A stretch of DNA of 64,000 nt from Nitrospira sp. (GTDB taxonomy: Bacteria > Nitrospirota > Nitrospiria > Nitrospirales > Nitrospiraceae). The DNA lies in the NCBI GenBank assembly GCA_047150005.1, contig AP038806.1, positions 2,400,001-2,464,000 on the forward strand, read 5' to 3'. This document shows positions 29,509 to 38,922 of the stretch, one piece after another (the first letter of the stretch is position 1; each line of letters begins with the position of its first letter). The position numbers and the translations under genes were made by a program. Under the pieces are notes generated by a model that was not told the origin of the DNA, searched no databases, and saw only the letters and a list, made by a program, of their open reading frames with translations.

Positions 29509-29943
29509 ATGGCTACCGGTGATCGTCGCGATCCGTATCATGGCTTTCGATTTGTCGTACAGATTGACGGAATCACGCGGGCCGGATTCCGGGAATGTTC
29601 CGGGCTCGACTCCAGTCAGGACCCCGTTGAGTATCGTGAAGGAAATGAACCCCTTACGGCGCGGAAGCTTCCTGGTCTAAGCAAATACTCGAACATCTCG
29701 CTGAAGCGCGGCGTGACGGACGACAAGGACCTGTGGAAGTGGAGGAAGCAGGTCATCGACGGCAAGGTCGAACGAAAGAATGGATCCATCATTCTGCAGG
29801 ATGATGCTGGCGAAGAGAAAGTACGGTGGAATTTTGTGAACGGGTGGCCGACCAAGTGGACGGGGCCGACCTTCAATGCTACGGCCAATGAAGTCGCTAT
29901 CGAAACGTTGGATCTGGCTCACGAAGGAGTGGACCGAGCATGA
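29509..29943 (+). CDS. Tail tube protein (T4 gp19 family, Afp1-like)
   Basis: DPY..FRF, FRECSGL, EYREG, LKRG, WPTKWTGP, ETLDLAHEG; AGGAGG RBS. Confidence 0.95.
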   Translation: MATGDRRDPYHGFRFVVQIDGITRAGFRECSGLDSSQDPVEYREGNEPLTARKLPGLSKYSNISLKRGVTDDKDLWKWRKQVIDGKVERKNGSIILQDDAGEEKVRWNFVNGWPTKWTGPTFNATANEVAIETLDLAHEGVDRA

Positions 29944-30329
29944 CATTTCAAACCGAGTTCCCTTTTTCCTTACCGCGCGGATACCGAGATGGCGACGGGG
30001 CCTTGCATCGTGAGGGCCTGATGCGATTGGCGACCGCCTACGATGAAATCGTGCCGCTGAAAGAGGCGCGGGTACAGGCCAATCCCGCCTATCTTGTCAT
30101 GATTCTGTTTTCACGAGTCATCACCAAGCTGGGAGATCTGACTCACATCACACCGAAGGTCATGGAGGGATTGTACGCTGTCGATTTGGCGTACCTGCAG
30201 GATTTCTATCGTCGCATCAACGAGGACGGACACAACCTCATGGATGTGGAATGCCCCCATTGCAACGGCAAATTTCGACTGGAGGTGTCGTTCCTGGGGG
30301 GAGCCTTGGCTACCCCTCCGAGCGGTTAG
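29940..30329 (+). CDS. Tail assembly chaperone-like protein
   Basis: ATGA-coupled to the tube gene; TEFPFSLPRGY...MRLATA.DEI...DLAYLQDFYRRIN, CPHC; conserved position after the tube. Confidence 0.75.
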   Translation: MTFQTEFPFSLPRGYRDGDGALHREGLMRLATAYDEIVPLKEARVQANPAYLVMILFSRVITKLGDLTHITPKVMEGLYAVDLAYLQDFYRRINEDGHNLMDVECPHCNGKFRLEVSFLGGALATPPSG

Positions 30330-30463
30330 CGGAGGAGGTGGCGTATATCGCGTATCACTTCCACTGGCCGGCTGATGAGGTGTTGTCGCTTGATCACCAT
30401 GAACGCAAACGCTGGGTGGGCGAAATCAGCAAGATCAATCAGCGACTGAATGAGAGCCAGTAA
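30296..30463 (+). CDS. DUF6760-like peptide, probably the -1 frameshift extension of the chaperone
   Basis: YPSERLAEEVAYIAYHFHWPADEVLSLDHHERKRWVGEISKIN lies in the -1 frame and begins just after the G6A run. Confidence 0.7.
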   Translation, partial: GGSLGYPSERLAEEVAYIAYHFHWPADEVLSLDHHERKRWVGEISKINQRLNESQ

Positions 30464-30475
30464 TTGGACTGCCTA

Positions 30476-30925
30476 ATGAACGGCGTACGATCCAGAAGCA
30501 AAGATCCTTATCTGTCGTCGCGCTTTGCCGTCCAGATCAAGTTGGAAGGGGAGCCCATCGCCGGCTTTAGCGAGGTCACCGGTCTGCAAGTAGAGGTTGA
30601 ACTCGAAGAGTATCGCGAAGGTGGACAAAATGATCACGTCCATCAGTTCGCGGGGAAGGTCCGCTATCCCGCTCGTCTTGTTCTCAAACATGGTTTCGTC
30701 GACAGCCGCGCATTGTGGGATTGGCAGAATGAAATCATTCAGGGGCGAGTGCAGCGCAAGAATCTATCTATTGTCTTGCATGATAGCGAGGGGAACGCAA
30801 GAGCCACGTGGGAGGTAAAAAAAGCTTGTCCCGTTAAATGGTCCGGACCGGACTTTCGGGCGAACTCTGCTGAAGTCGCCTTGGAAACGCTCGAACTGGT
30901 CCATCAAGGATTCGCTCGAAAATGA
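30476..30925 (+). CDS. Second tail tube protein (gp19 family, Afp5-like)
   Basis: DPY..RF, GFSEVTGL, EYREGG.N, LVLKHG, PVKWSGP, ETLELVHQG. Confidence 0.92.
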   Translation: MNGVRSRSKDPYLSSRFAVQIKLEGEPIAGFSEVTGLQVEVELEEYREGGQNDHVHQFAGKVRYPARLVLKHGFVDSRALWDWQNEIIQGRVQRKNLSIVLHDSEGNARATWEVKKACPVKWSGPDFRANSAEVALETLELVHQGFARK

Positions 30926-30937
30926 GAAAGGGCCATC

Positions 30938-32626
30938 GTGGAAACCGTTGGAACTGATAGCCGGCATCATGGGCGTCACACGGGCGATGCGTACGAACTC
31001 ACTGCCGACCGTGACCTGGGTATCCAAGCGTGGCAACGTCATATCAGTCCAGGTCTGATCCCGCATACCCAATCATCGAGGATCTGGCGGCAGGCGACCC
31101 AGGTAGGACAGACCCCCCTCGTCAGCCACATCACAGACCGTTTTGGAACTGACAACTATGAATTCAGAACATGGGATAGCCTGCCCTTTGTCATGACCAG
31201 ACGCAGGCCAACGATCCAGGCTCGCGCGATGTCCGGCGCAAACCTCTTGCAGGACCAGCAATCGACACAGCAGGACGCGAGCGTCCGGACCCATGATGAT
31301 CGAGCCGAGCCGCAGGTTGACTCAACAACCGTTTCCGCGGAGCCGAAAGCACCAGCCCCTCACGCGAGTGCATCCGGAATTGTCCTCAAGCGACAGGCAG
31401 AGGAAGTTTCTGTAGACAGCTTGCCGTTCTTGCAAACATTAGGTGGAGCAGCGCGCGATCGGTCCAGTATCGATGTGTCAGGGGGCGCCTCTCTTTCAGG
31501 CTCTACTCATCGCGACCAAACACTCCATCTCCGTCAAGGTCCGTTTCCCGTTTTGCCGAAACACCGGGCTGGAGATCTTGAATGCACACCGCAGCGCCGT
31601 GATGACGGAGCTGATGTAACCCCCGATTCATCTCTCGATGGCACAACTCAGACCGTCACTCCTGCCATCAGACACGTGCCCCTGGGGACTGTTGCGCCAT
31701 TCCCGTTGCTGCGGAGTATCAATCAATCGAGTCCCAACTCAGGGAGTGCAAGCGACACCGCAATGGCAGAGGCCGGTTCCATAATCGAGTCACACAAGGA
31801 TTGGCAGGAACGAGCAACAAAGCTTCAACCAATGGTGTTGCAGCCACCGATCGTCCGGCGTGTGTTGCATCAAGAAGTGTTGCCTGCGTCACAAAAACCA
31901 GGAGACAATGATCAGCCAGTGGATCACAGGGACGAACACGATTCAGTGCATGAAGGGTCCACCTCAATTCACGGAACGGTTCCTCGTGCCGACGAGTCTG
32001 TTATCGTGATGGTGCAGCAATCCAAGGCTCTCACCAAGCCTCTCGAAACACCGCCCGAGACCGCGGCTTTGGAGCGGCCTCACTTACGGGGCAGGCTGTC
32101 GATCGTGTTGCCGAAGATTCAACGACACAGTGATCGCAGTACTCATGGCGAAACGCAGGCCGAACAGACCTCGAGTAATGCTGTTATATGGCGATTTGCA
32201 AGCGCGTCGCGGGATCCTCGACATACATTTGAGGCCGGCTCGGCGCAGCACGTTCCCACTGGTGCGCTGGACAAAAATGGCTCTCCTACGGAGGGTGTTC
32301 CAGCCGGTTCAGCGTCTGTTCTGCCCCTGGTGCAAGCGACAGACAGATCTGTTTCGGATTCCAGGCAGCCTACGATTCTGTGGAGAAGCGTCCTCCCGGG
32401 AACCACGGATGACGCTCGCTTGCTCGATGGGCTCACCGGCCATCAGGGCTTCTCCGGTTCGCACGTCCCTCGTCCTGATCTGTCGTCAATGCACGAACTG
32501 GCGGCTTCGGCACGGAGCGAAAAAGCTTCGCCTTCCGTCAACGTTGCGGAACTGGCTGAACAGGTCGGTCGATTGCTGACCAAGCAACTCGTAGTTGAGC
32601 GTGAGCGGCGAGGAGTTAGTGTATGA
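30938..32626 (+). CDS. Low-complexity protein with C-terminal LAEQV..LL...L..ERERRG helix (Afp6-position protein)
   Basis: 562 aa rich in S/T/P/D/A; lies between tube 2 and the LysM gene and overlaps the latter by ATGA. Confidence 0.65.
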   Translation: METVGTDSRHHGRHTGDAYELTADRDLGIQAWQRHISPGLIPHTQSSRIWRQATQVGQTPLVSHITDRFGTDNYEFRTWDSLPFVMTRRRPTIQARAMSGANLLQDQQSTQQDASVRTHDDRAEPQVDSTTVSAEPKAPAPHASASGIVLKRQAEEVSVDSLPFLQTLGGAARDRSSIDVSGGASLSGSTHRDQTLHLRQGPFPVLPKHRAGDLECTPQRRDDGADVTPDSSLDGTTQTVTPAIRHVPLGTVAPFPLLRSINQSSPNSGSASDTAMAEAGSIIESHKDWQERATKLQPMVLQPPIVRRVLHQEVLPASQKPGDNDQPVDHRDEHDSVHEGSTSIHGTVPRADESVIVMVQQSKALTKPLETPPETAALERPHLRGRLSIVLPKIQRHSDRSTHGETQAEQTSSNAVIWRFASASRDPRHTFEAGSAQHVPTGALDKNGSPTEGVPAGSASVLPLVQATDRSVSDSRQPTILWRSVLPGTTDDARLLDGLTGHQGFSGSHVPRPDLSSMHELAASARSEKASPSVNVAELAEQVGRLLTKQLVVERERRGVSV

Positions 32627-33279
32627 GTGGCACAGGCCGGGCCATGCTGACTATCAAGCCGGAGAACGATGAGGCAATCGAGGTTCTGTTTAATCCGAAT
32701 TCCTATTCTATTTCCAAGTCGGTCACTTGGAATGCTGATTCACCATCCGGTGGAAAAACCGAGACAAAGCGAGAGGTGAATGCGCCTCCGATCCAATTTG
32801 GTGGCGGAGGCAGTCGACAACTCAGCCTTGAACTCTTTTTTGACGTCACGGAAAAGCCGGGCAAGGACGTGCGAGACGAAACACACAAGATTGCCGTGCT
32901 GGCCCTGATCAGCCGCGATCTCACGCACCCTCCCAGGTGCGAAGTCCTCTGGGGACCACCGAAAGGGGACTTTCCGTTCAAGGGAGTCATTAGCAGCCTT
33001 ACACAGAAGTTTACTTTGTTCGATCAGAACGGCATGCCGATCAGAGCCACGCTGAGTGTCGTGTTTACTGAGTATCTGGATCCAAAAGACGACAAACGAC
33101 AGACTGATCCGGATTACACGACGTGGCTCATCAAACGTGGTGACACGCTGAGCAACGTTGCGGCACAGGTGTATGGGAACTCCGCGTTGTGGCGCACGAT
33201 TGCGGAACACAACGAAATCGACGACCCACTGCGGCTGGAGATTGGTCGCCGTTTGAGTATCCCAGAGATTGCGGCATAG
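32623..33279 (+). CDS. Tube initiator with LysM (Afp7-like)
   Basis: VLFNPNSY, LELFFD, F...G.PIRA, LysM IKRGDTLSNVA..YG....WR.IA..N. Confidence 0.9.
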   Translation: MSGTGRAMLTIKPENDEAIEVLFNPNSYSISKSVTWNADSPSGGKTETKREVNAPPIQFGGGGSRQLSLELFFDVTEKPGKDVRDETHKIAVLALISRDLTHPPRCEVLWGPPKGDFPFKGVISSLTQKFTLFDQNGMPIRATLSVVFTEYLDPKDDKRQTDPDYTTWLIKRGDTLSNVAAQVYGNSALWRTIAEHNEIDDPLRLEIGRRLSIPEIAA

Positions 33280-33287
33280 GGTGAACC

Positions 33288-34358
33288 ATGGCGGGTCCGA
33301 GCGGCAATCAGCTTCTGGTGCCCACGTTTGACATCCTGGTGAATGCTCAACAGTTGGCTCAAAAGGATCGCGCGTATCTGGTTGAACTCGAGGTCGACGT
33401 GAGCGTGAACATCCCTAGTGTGGCTTCGCTGGTCATGGGAGGCGCGGATTCGCAACAAGAGGAGATCCCTTGGTTGGATGAAGACATGTTTGCCGTAGGT
33501 CGCTCTCTTGAGGTGAAACTTGGCTATAAGGATGAACTAGTGTCTGTAATGAAAGGCGAGATCACGGGTCTCGAGCCGGAATTCTCCGCCGCACACCGTC
33601 CTGCATTGCGTGTGAGAGGCTATGACCGGCGTCATCGCCTCATGCGCGGGGTTCAGACGCGTACGTTTGTGAAGATGAAAGACAGTGACATTGCACAACA
33701 GATCGCCGGCGAGGCGAATCTTACTCCGGATGTCGCAGACACCAAAATCACACATGAATATCTCTTTCAAGCTAACCAAACCAATATGGAATTTCTGCAG
33801 GAACGTGCCCGCTCCATTCAGTATGAACTGATCGTTGATGACAAGACCTTGCGATTTCGCCCAGTCTCCAATAAAGAGCGTGAGGTTGTGACGCTCACGA
33901 TGGAGCATGATCTCCTGGAGTTTTGCCCACGACTGACCTCCTTTCAGCAAGTGAGCACCGTCACCGTCCGTGGATGGAATCCCAAGGAGAAGCGAGAAAT
34001 AGTTGGGCGAGCGGGTGCTGGTGATGAAGAATCCAGGATGGGAGGAGAGCGCAGTGATACGGGCACAACCCCAACCGCGTTCGGCCGGCAAGTCGCGATG
34101 TTGGCCAACAGGTCGGTTCTGACCCAGGAGGAGGCGGACCAATTGGCCAAGAGCCGTTATAAGACTCTCGGCCTCTCATTAGTAACAGGTGACGGAGTGT
34201 GCTGGGGGCGAACCGATTTGCTTCCTGGGACTGTCATCAAAGTGGAAGGTGCAGGAAAGCGATTCGGGGGACAGTATTACCTGACATCGGTCCTGCATCG
34301 CTATTCGCCTCAGCGCGGATATCGCACACATTTTGAGTTCGAACGGAATGCTTCATGA
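33288..34358 (+). CDS. Baseplate hub, phage late-control GpD family (Afp8 N-terminal half)
   Basis: VKLGY, GEITGLEPEF, GYDRRHRL.RG, Q.NQTN.EFL.ERA, RFGGQYY. Confidence 0.9.
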   Translation: MAGPSGNQLLVPTFDILVNAQQLAQKDRAYLVELEVDVSVNIPSVASLVMGGADSQQEEIPWLDEDMFAVGRSLEVKLGYKDELVSVMKGEITGLEPEFSAAHRPALRVRGYDRRHRLMRGVQTRTFVKMKDSDIAQQIAGEANLTPDVADTKITHEYLFQANQTNMEFLQERARSIQYELIVDDKTLRFRPVSNKEREVVTLTMEHDLLEFCPRLTSFQQVSTVTVRGWNPKEKREIVGRAGAGDEESRMGGERSDTGTTPTAFGRQVAMLANRSVLTQEEADQLAKSRYKTLGLSLVTGDGVCWGRTDLLPGTVIKVEGAGKRFGGQYYLTSVLHRYSPQRGYRTHFEFERNAS

Positions 34359-34993
34359 AATTATTTGATTTGCTCACCGATGGTGAAAGTAGGACGACTG
34401 CCAACCGCCTGTTTGGAGTCGTCGTCGGCATTGTTACCAATAACCAGGATCCGGATGGAATGGGACGGATCAAGGTAAAGTTCCCGTGGCTGAATGACCA
34501 GAATGAGAGTCACTGGGCGCGGGTCTGCAGCCTGATGGCCGGCAAGGACCGGGGCGCGTATTTTCTGCCGGAACTTAATGACGAGGTTCTGATTGCTTTC
34601 GAACACGGAGACCGGCGGTTCCCCTATATTCTCGGAGGTCTCTGGAACGGGAAGGACTCCCCGCCGGCGACGAATGATGACGGAAACGACATCCGCCTCA
34701 TCAAGTCACGCAGTGGGCACGTGATCCGATTCAACGACAAGAACGGCAACGAGGCCGTAGAGATTACCGATAAGAACGGCAACAGCATTACATATGACAC
34801 GGCCAATAATTCGTTGACGATTACCACGAAGAAAGACATTACGCTTTCAGCGCCGCAGGGCGCGATCACCTTGGACGCCAGGACGGTCGAAATCAAGTCT
34901 TCAACACAAACCGTTCTGCAGGCGGCATCCACCATGGACGTCAAGGCGAATGCGACGATGACTATCAAGGGTGCGATGGTCAATATTAATTAG
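34355..34993 (+). CDS. Spike protein, gpV/gp5 OB-fold (Afp8 C-terminal half)
   Basis: GIVTNNQDPDGMGRIKVKFPW, WARV, FLPELNDEVLIAFEHGD, PYILGGLWNG, beta-helix repeats. Confidence 0.93.
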   Translation: MKLFDLLTDGESRTTANRLFGVVVGIVTNNQDPDGMGRIKVKFPWLNDQNESHWARVCSLMAGKDRGAYFLPELNDEVLIAFEHGDRRFPYILGGLWNGKDSPPATNDDGNDIRLIKSRSGHVIRFNDKNGNEAVEITDKNGNSITYDTANNSLTITTKKDITLSAPQGAITLDARTVEIKSSTQTVLQAASTMDVKANATMTIKGAMVNIN

Positions 34994-35004
34994 GTGTATG
35001 AATC

Positions 35005-35403
35005 ATGGGGCAACCGGCTGCCAAACAAGGTGACCGTATTACGGCCATGGACATCCATATCGTATTGGTGCCGTCTGCGACGGGAGCGGTTCCGACTCCG
35101 TTGCCGCATGCCTTTGCAGGAATCCTCAACGGCTCTCTCAGCGTGGATGTCAAGGTCATGGGCATGCCTGCGGCGACGGTTGGCAGCACAGCCGACAATA
35201 TGCCGCCTCATTTTCCGATGGCGCCAGGAACGAGTTTCTCAAGACCTCCCTTGAATCGTGCGACCATTCTTCGGGGGAGTTCCACGGTATTGATTAACGG
35301 AAAGATGGCGGCGCGTGCAGGCGATACGGCGATGACCTGCAATGACCCCGGCGACTTACCGTCCGGTACAGTGGTGGCAATGGGGACGGTTCTCATCGGA
35401 TGA
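35005..35403 (+). CDS. PAAR spike-tip protein
   Basis: PAAKQGD, MPAATVGS, GSSTVLINGKMAARAGD, TVLIG. Confidence 0.9.
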   Translation: MGQPAAKQGDRITAMDIHIVLVPSATGAVPTPLPHAFAGILNGSLSVDVKVMGMPAATVGSTADNMPPHFPMAPGTSFSRPPLNRATILRGSSTVLINGKMAARAGDTAMTCNDPGDLPSGTVVAMGTVLIG

Positions 35404-35435
35404 ATCCTAGAAGTACTATGCCGGCTGTGTGACAT

Positions 35436-35843
35436 ATGCCGAAGTCATTCCTAGGAATCGGATGCGACTTCCCAATGATCAAGCGAGAGCAGGGCACAGT
35501 CGCGTTTCGATTTGCCGAATATGAAGACAGTGTGGCCGTATCCATTCGGTTGATCTTGTCCACTGCAAAAGGTGAACGGGTCATGCGGCCGAACTTCGGT
35601 TGCGGGATACATGATCTGGTCTTTGCGGTCACCAATCAGGCGACCTGTGACCGTGCGGCATCCGAAGTGCGTGATGCACTTGCTCGCTGGGAACCGCGGA
35701 TTGATGTGGAAGAAATTCGCGTGTGGCCGTCAGAGGAAGGTACACACCTGTTCATCCATGTGCGCTATCAGATCCGGGCCACCAATAACGTGTTCAACTT
35801 GGTGTACCCCTTCTATCTCGAAGGCTATGAGGGACATACTTAA
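35436..35843 (+). CDS. gp25/GpW sheath initiator (Afp9-like)
   Basis: ILST.KGERVMRPNFGCG, WEPRI, NLVYPFYL. Confidence 0.93.
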   Translation: MPKSFLGIGCDFPMIKREQGTVAFRFAEYEDSVAVSIRLILSTAKGERVMRPNFGCGIHDLVFAVTNQATCDRAASEVRDALARWEPRIDVEEIRVWPSEEGTHLFIHVRYQIRATNNVFNLVYPFYLEGYEGHT

Positions 35844-38800
35844 CACAAGTCCTGTCGTTGATCGGCGAGGGGCAGAGCGAATCGCTGAACAGGTAAGCCA
35901 TGCGCTTGGTCAACGCATTGTGGATCTTGAACCGAGTGAGATGTCGAGGGCCTTGGTCGCTGCCTTCGCCCGGTATTGCGAAATTCTGATCGAGCGAATC
36001 AATCTCGCACCTCGCAAGGCGCTGTTGGCCTTTGTGAATCTATTAGGCATGTCCCCGCACCCCCCTCAGGCGGCTGTCGTCCCCTTGTCGTTTTCGGTAA
36101 CCCCAAAGTGCACTGAAGTGGTCCGCGTGCCGGCAAGGAGCCAAGTCGCGGGACCTGGGACGGCTGAGGGCGGACAGCCCATTGTTTTTGAAACGGAAGA
36201 GGATTTGTATGTGAGTCCGGTCACGCTCGAGTCAATTATCAGCCGCGATCCTCAACGTGATCGCTACGGAACTCTTTCACATTTGGCCGGTACAGTGACA
36301 GCAGCGGGAGTACGGTTGTTTGAGGCTTCACAACCGACAGATCACAGTCTGTATCTTGGCCATTCGACGTTGTTGTCACGACCTAGCCAAGAACTCTCTG
36401 TCCGGGTGGAGGTTCGTGAGCCCCAGGCGGCCGTTTCGATCGGGATGGATATCCGATGGGAAATATGGAAAGGCAAAGAATGGATGCCGGTCATTCCCCA
36501 GAGCGATGAGACGCACGGCTTGACGCGCAGCGGTCGCATCATCTTTCGTGCCATGCCCGGGTCATTGACCAAAGTGATTTCTGGTATGGCCGGTGCTTGG
36601 CTGCGCGGGCGACTGCTCACTCCTTTCATGAGGGACCAGGCTGCGGACTCTCAAGGACATTGGCTCGGTGAAACGGTACGCGTGAAACATATCATGCTTC
36701 AGGTTCGTAACCGTATAGATAACGCCGGCATCAAGCAGGCTTTCGTGAACCAGATCCCCCTGGATATGAGTAAGGAAGTGTATGTATTCGGAGAGAGGCC
36801 TCGATTTGGAGATGTTTTGTATGTCTCCCATGCCGAGGCGCTTGGGGCAGGAGGTGGACGGGTCTCCCTCCATGTTGAACTGCTCAATCCCCGAGGCGGC
36901 GGCCCGCATGGATCTATCCCCGAAACGTTTGCGTCCGACGACCTCAGTATTCAATGGGAAATCAGCGGCGCAGGAGAATGGAAAGTTCTCGGGACTTCCC
37001 ATGTCCAGCTTGTGACTGAGGACGCGGCCACTGAGTTTAGGGATGAGACGCAAGCGTTCACCAAGTCCGGTGATGTATCGTTCCTACTCCCCGTGGATAT
37101 TGGTCAGCAATCCATTAATGGCGTGAAGGCAGTCTGGGTGCGTGCAAGAATTCTTGCGGGTGATTATGGAAAGGAAGCCACCTATTACCCACGCGACCAG
37201 AATGCCCCTGACAAGGGATATCTATTGAAGCCGGCCACACTTGGGCCGCCGATCGTAAAAGCCCTCACAATTTCAAGGGAAAGTGTAAGCCCAGAAGAAG
37301 GACCCGAATCCGTCATCATCTGTAACGATTTCTCTTATCGGAACATGACTTCCACGTTGCAGGAAGGCGGTGCCGGTTTTGCGCCGTTCATTCCAATGGA
37401 AGGGGAAGCACCGGCCCTTCACTTGGGGTTTCGGGCCCCGGATCAAGCAGACTCGTTATCCGGCTATCCCTTGAATATGTATTTTCATTGTGATGATGAA
37501 ACGTCCGACCCGGAACATGGAATGGACACGCGACTCAAGTCCGGCTTGGCCTGGGACTATTGGAATGGAACCAACTGGAGCGCGTTGTCTGTGGTCGACC
37601 GCACCGATTCGCTCAGGCGGCCCGGAGTTGTTCGATTCGATGCCCCATCGGACTGGCAACTCTTAATAGAGTCTGACCAACAACAACCCTCGGTCGTCAC
37701 GGCCATGGCGGACCATTTGCAAAACTCTGCACAGGAACCGGGGGCTCGCAACGGAGGCCTTGTCCACCCACTCCATTGGATTCGCGCGCGAGCTTCTGAC
37801 GAGAGACTGTTGTCTCAGGTGCAGTGCCGGGGGATTGTGCTTCATACGGTGATGGCGCTGCATGCGATGACACTCCGTGAAGAAGTGCTTGGAAACAGCA
37901 ACGGAACTGTAGACCAATCATGTCGAACTCTGCGAACGCCGGTACTCCCGGGTCAAGTGTTGGAAGTCCGCGAAACGCATCGGAATGGCGACAAGGTGTG
38001 GGTCGAATGGAAATCCGTGGATCACTTCCTGCATAGCGGGCCGCAGGATCGCCACTATACGATCGATCGCCAGACCGGCATGATAACGTTCGGTGACGGC
38101 ACCAGGGGGGCTATTCCACCATCTGGCATCAACAATATCGTCATGAAGGAATATCGGATCGGCGGAGGCAGTGTTGGGAATGTACCGGTTGAATCAATGG
38201 TGCAGCTGCGCACGACGATGCCGTTCGTCCAGAAAGTCTTGAATCTCGTCCCGGCGTACTGCGGGGCGGACAGCGAATCTCTGGAAGTATTTGTGGGGCG
38301 GGCTCTGCGCGTCGTTCGGCACCGCAATCGAGCGGTGACCGCCGAAGATTATGAGGATTTGGCCCTCGCCGCATCTCCCCTGGTCGCGGGCGCTTACTGC
38401 GTTTCCTTTTATGATCTCGTTCATGACCCGTTGGCTCAAAGAAGGCGGTCGGGGGTATTGAGCCTCATCGTTCTCCCTTGTGTTGACTCTGAAGTGCCTC
38501 AGCCAGACAGAGCACTTCTTGAGTTGGTGCGCGCACACGTCACACGCTGTGCTCCTACCGGAATTGACGTCCGTGTGGTGCCGCCTCACTATGTCCCTGT
38601 GAACGTCGTCGTGCATGTCATCCTGCAACCTGACGCAGTGCCTGCCGAAGTCAGAAAAACAATCCAATCTGAGATCAGCCGGTTTCTTCATCCTCTGGCA
38701 GGCGGTTCGGACGGACGGGGTTGGCGGACTGGAAAATATCCTCCGAAATCATCACTGCACAGCCGGATCATGAAAGTGCCCCTGGTCCACCATATCCTGG

Positions 38801-38910
38801 GACTTAGCCTCGGTGTCGCCGACGAGGCCACCTCTTACGTGAGATCGGGTTTCTTCAACGTGTGTTCAGGTACCCATCGGATTGAATGCCATCCGCTTTC
38901 GGCTGGCTAG
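35827..38910 (+). CDS. Large baseplate J-like wedge protein (Afp11-like)
   Basis: IVFETE, GNSNG, SGPQDRHY, FGDG.RG.IP, YRIGGG..GNV, RAVTAEDYE.LA, FLHPL.GG.DG.GW; start reassigned to ATG 35827. Confidence 0.88.
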   Translation: MRDILNTSPVVDRRGAERIAEQVSHALGQRIVDLEPSEMSRALVAAFARYCEILIERINLAPRKALLAFVNLLGMSPHPPQAAVVPLSFSVTPKCTEVVRVPARSQVAGPGTAEGGQPIVFETEEDLYVSPVTLESIISRDPQRDRYGTLSHLAGTVTAAGVRLFEASQPTDHSLYLGHSTLLSRPSQELSVRVEVREPQAAVSIGMDIRWEIWKGKEWMPVIPQSDETHGLTRSGRIIFRAMPGSLTKVISGMAGAWLRGRLLTPFMRDQAADSQGHWLGETVRVKHIMLQVRNRIDNAGIKQAFVNQIPLDMSKEVYVFGERPRFGDVLYVSHAEALGAGGGRVSLHVELLNPRGGGPHGSIPETFASDDLSIQWEISGAGEWKVLGTSHVQLVTEDAATEFRDETQAFTKSGDVSFLLPVDIGQQSINGVKAVWVRARILAGDYGKEATYYPRDQNAPDKGYLLKPATLGPPIVKALTISRESVSPEEGPESVIICNDFSYRNMTSTLQEGGAGFAPFIPMEGEAPALHLGFRAPDQADSLSGYPLNMYFHCDDETSDPEHGMDTRLKSGLAWDYWNGTNWSALSVVDRTDSLRRPGVVRFDAPSDWQLLIESDQQQPSVVTAMADHLQNSAQEPGARNGGLVHPLHWIRARASDERLLSQVQCRGIVLHTVMALHAMTLREEVLGNSNGTVDQSCRTLRTPVLPGQVLEVRETHRNGDKVWVEWKSVDHFLHSGPQDRHYTIDRQTGMITFGDGTRGAIPPSGINNIVMKEYRIGGGSVGNVPVESMVQLRTTMPFVQKVLNLVPAYCGADSESLEVFVGRALRVVRHRNRAVTAEDYEDLALAASPLVAGAYCVSFYDLVHDPLAQRRRSGVLSLIVLPCVDSEVPQPDRALLELVRAHVTRCAPTGIDVRVVPPHYVPVNVVVHVILQPDAVPAEVRKTIQSEISRFLHPLAGGSDGRGWRTGKYPPKSSLHSRIMKVPLVHHILGLSLGVADEATSYVRSGFFNVCSGTHRIECHPLSAG

Positions 38911-38922
38911 AGAGAGGATCAC

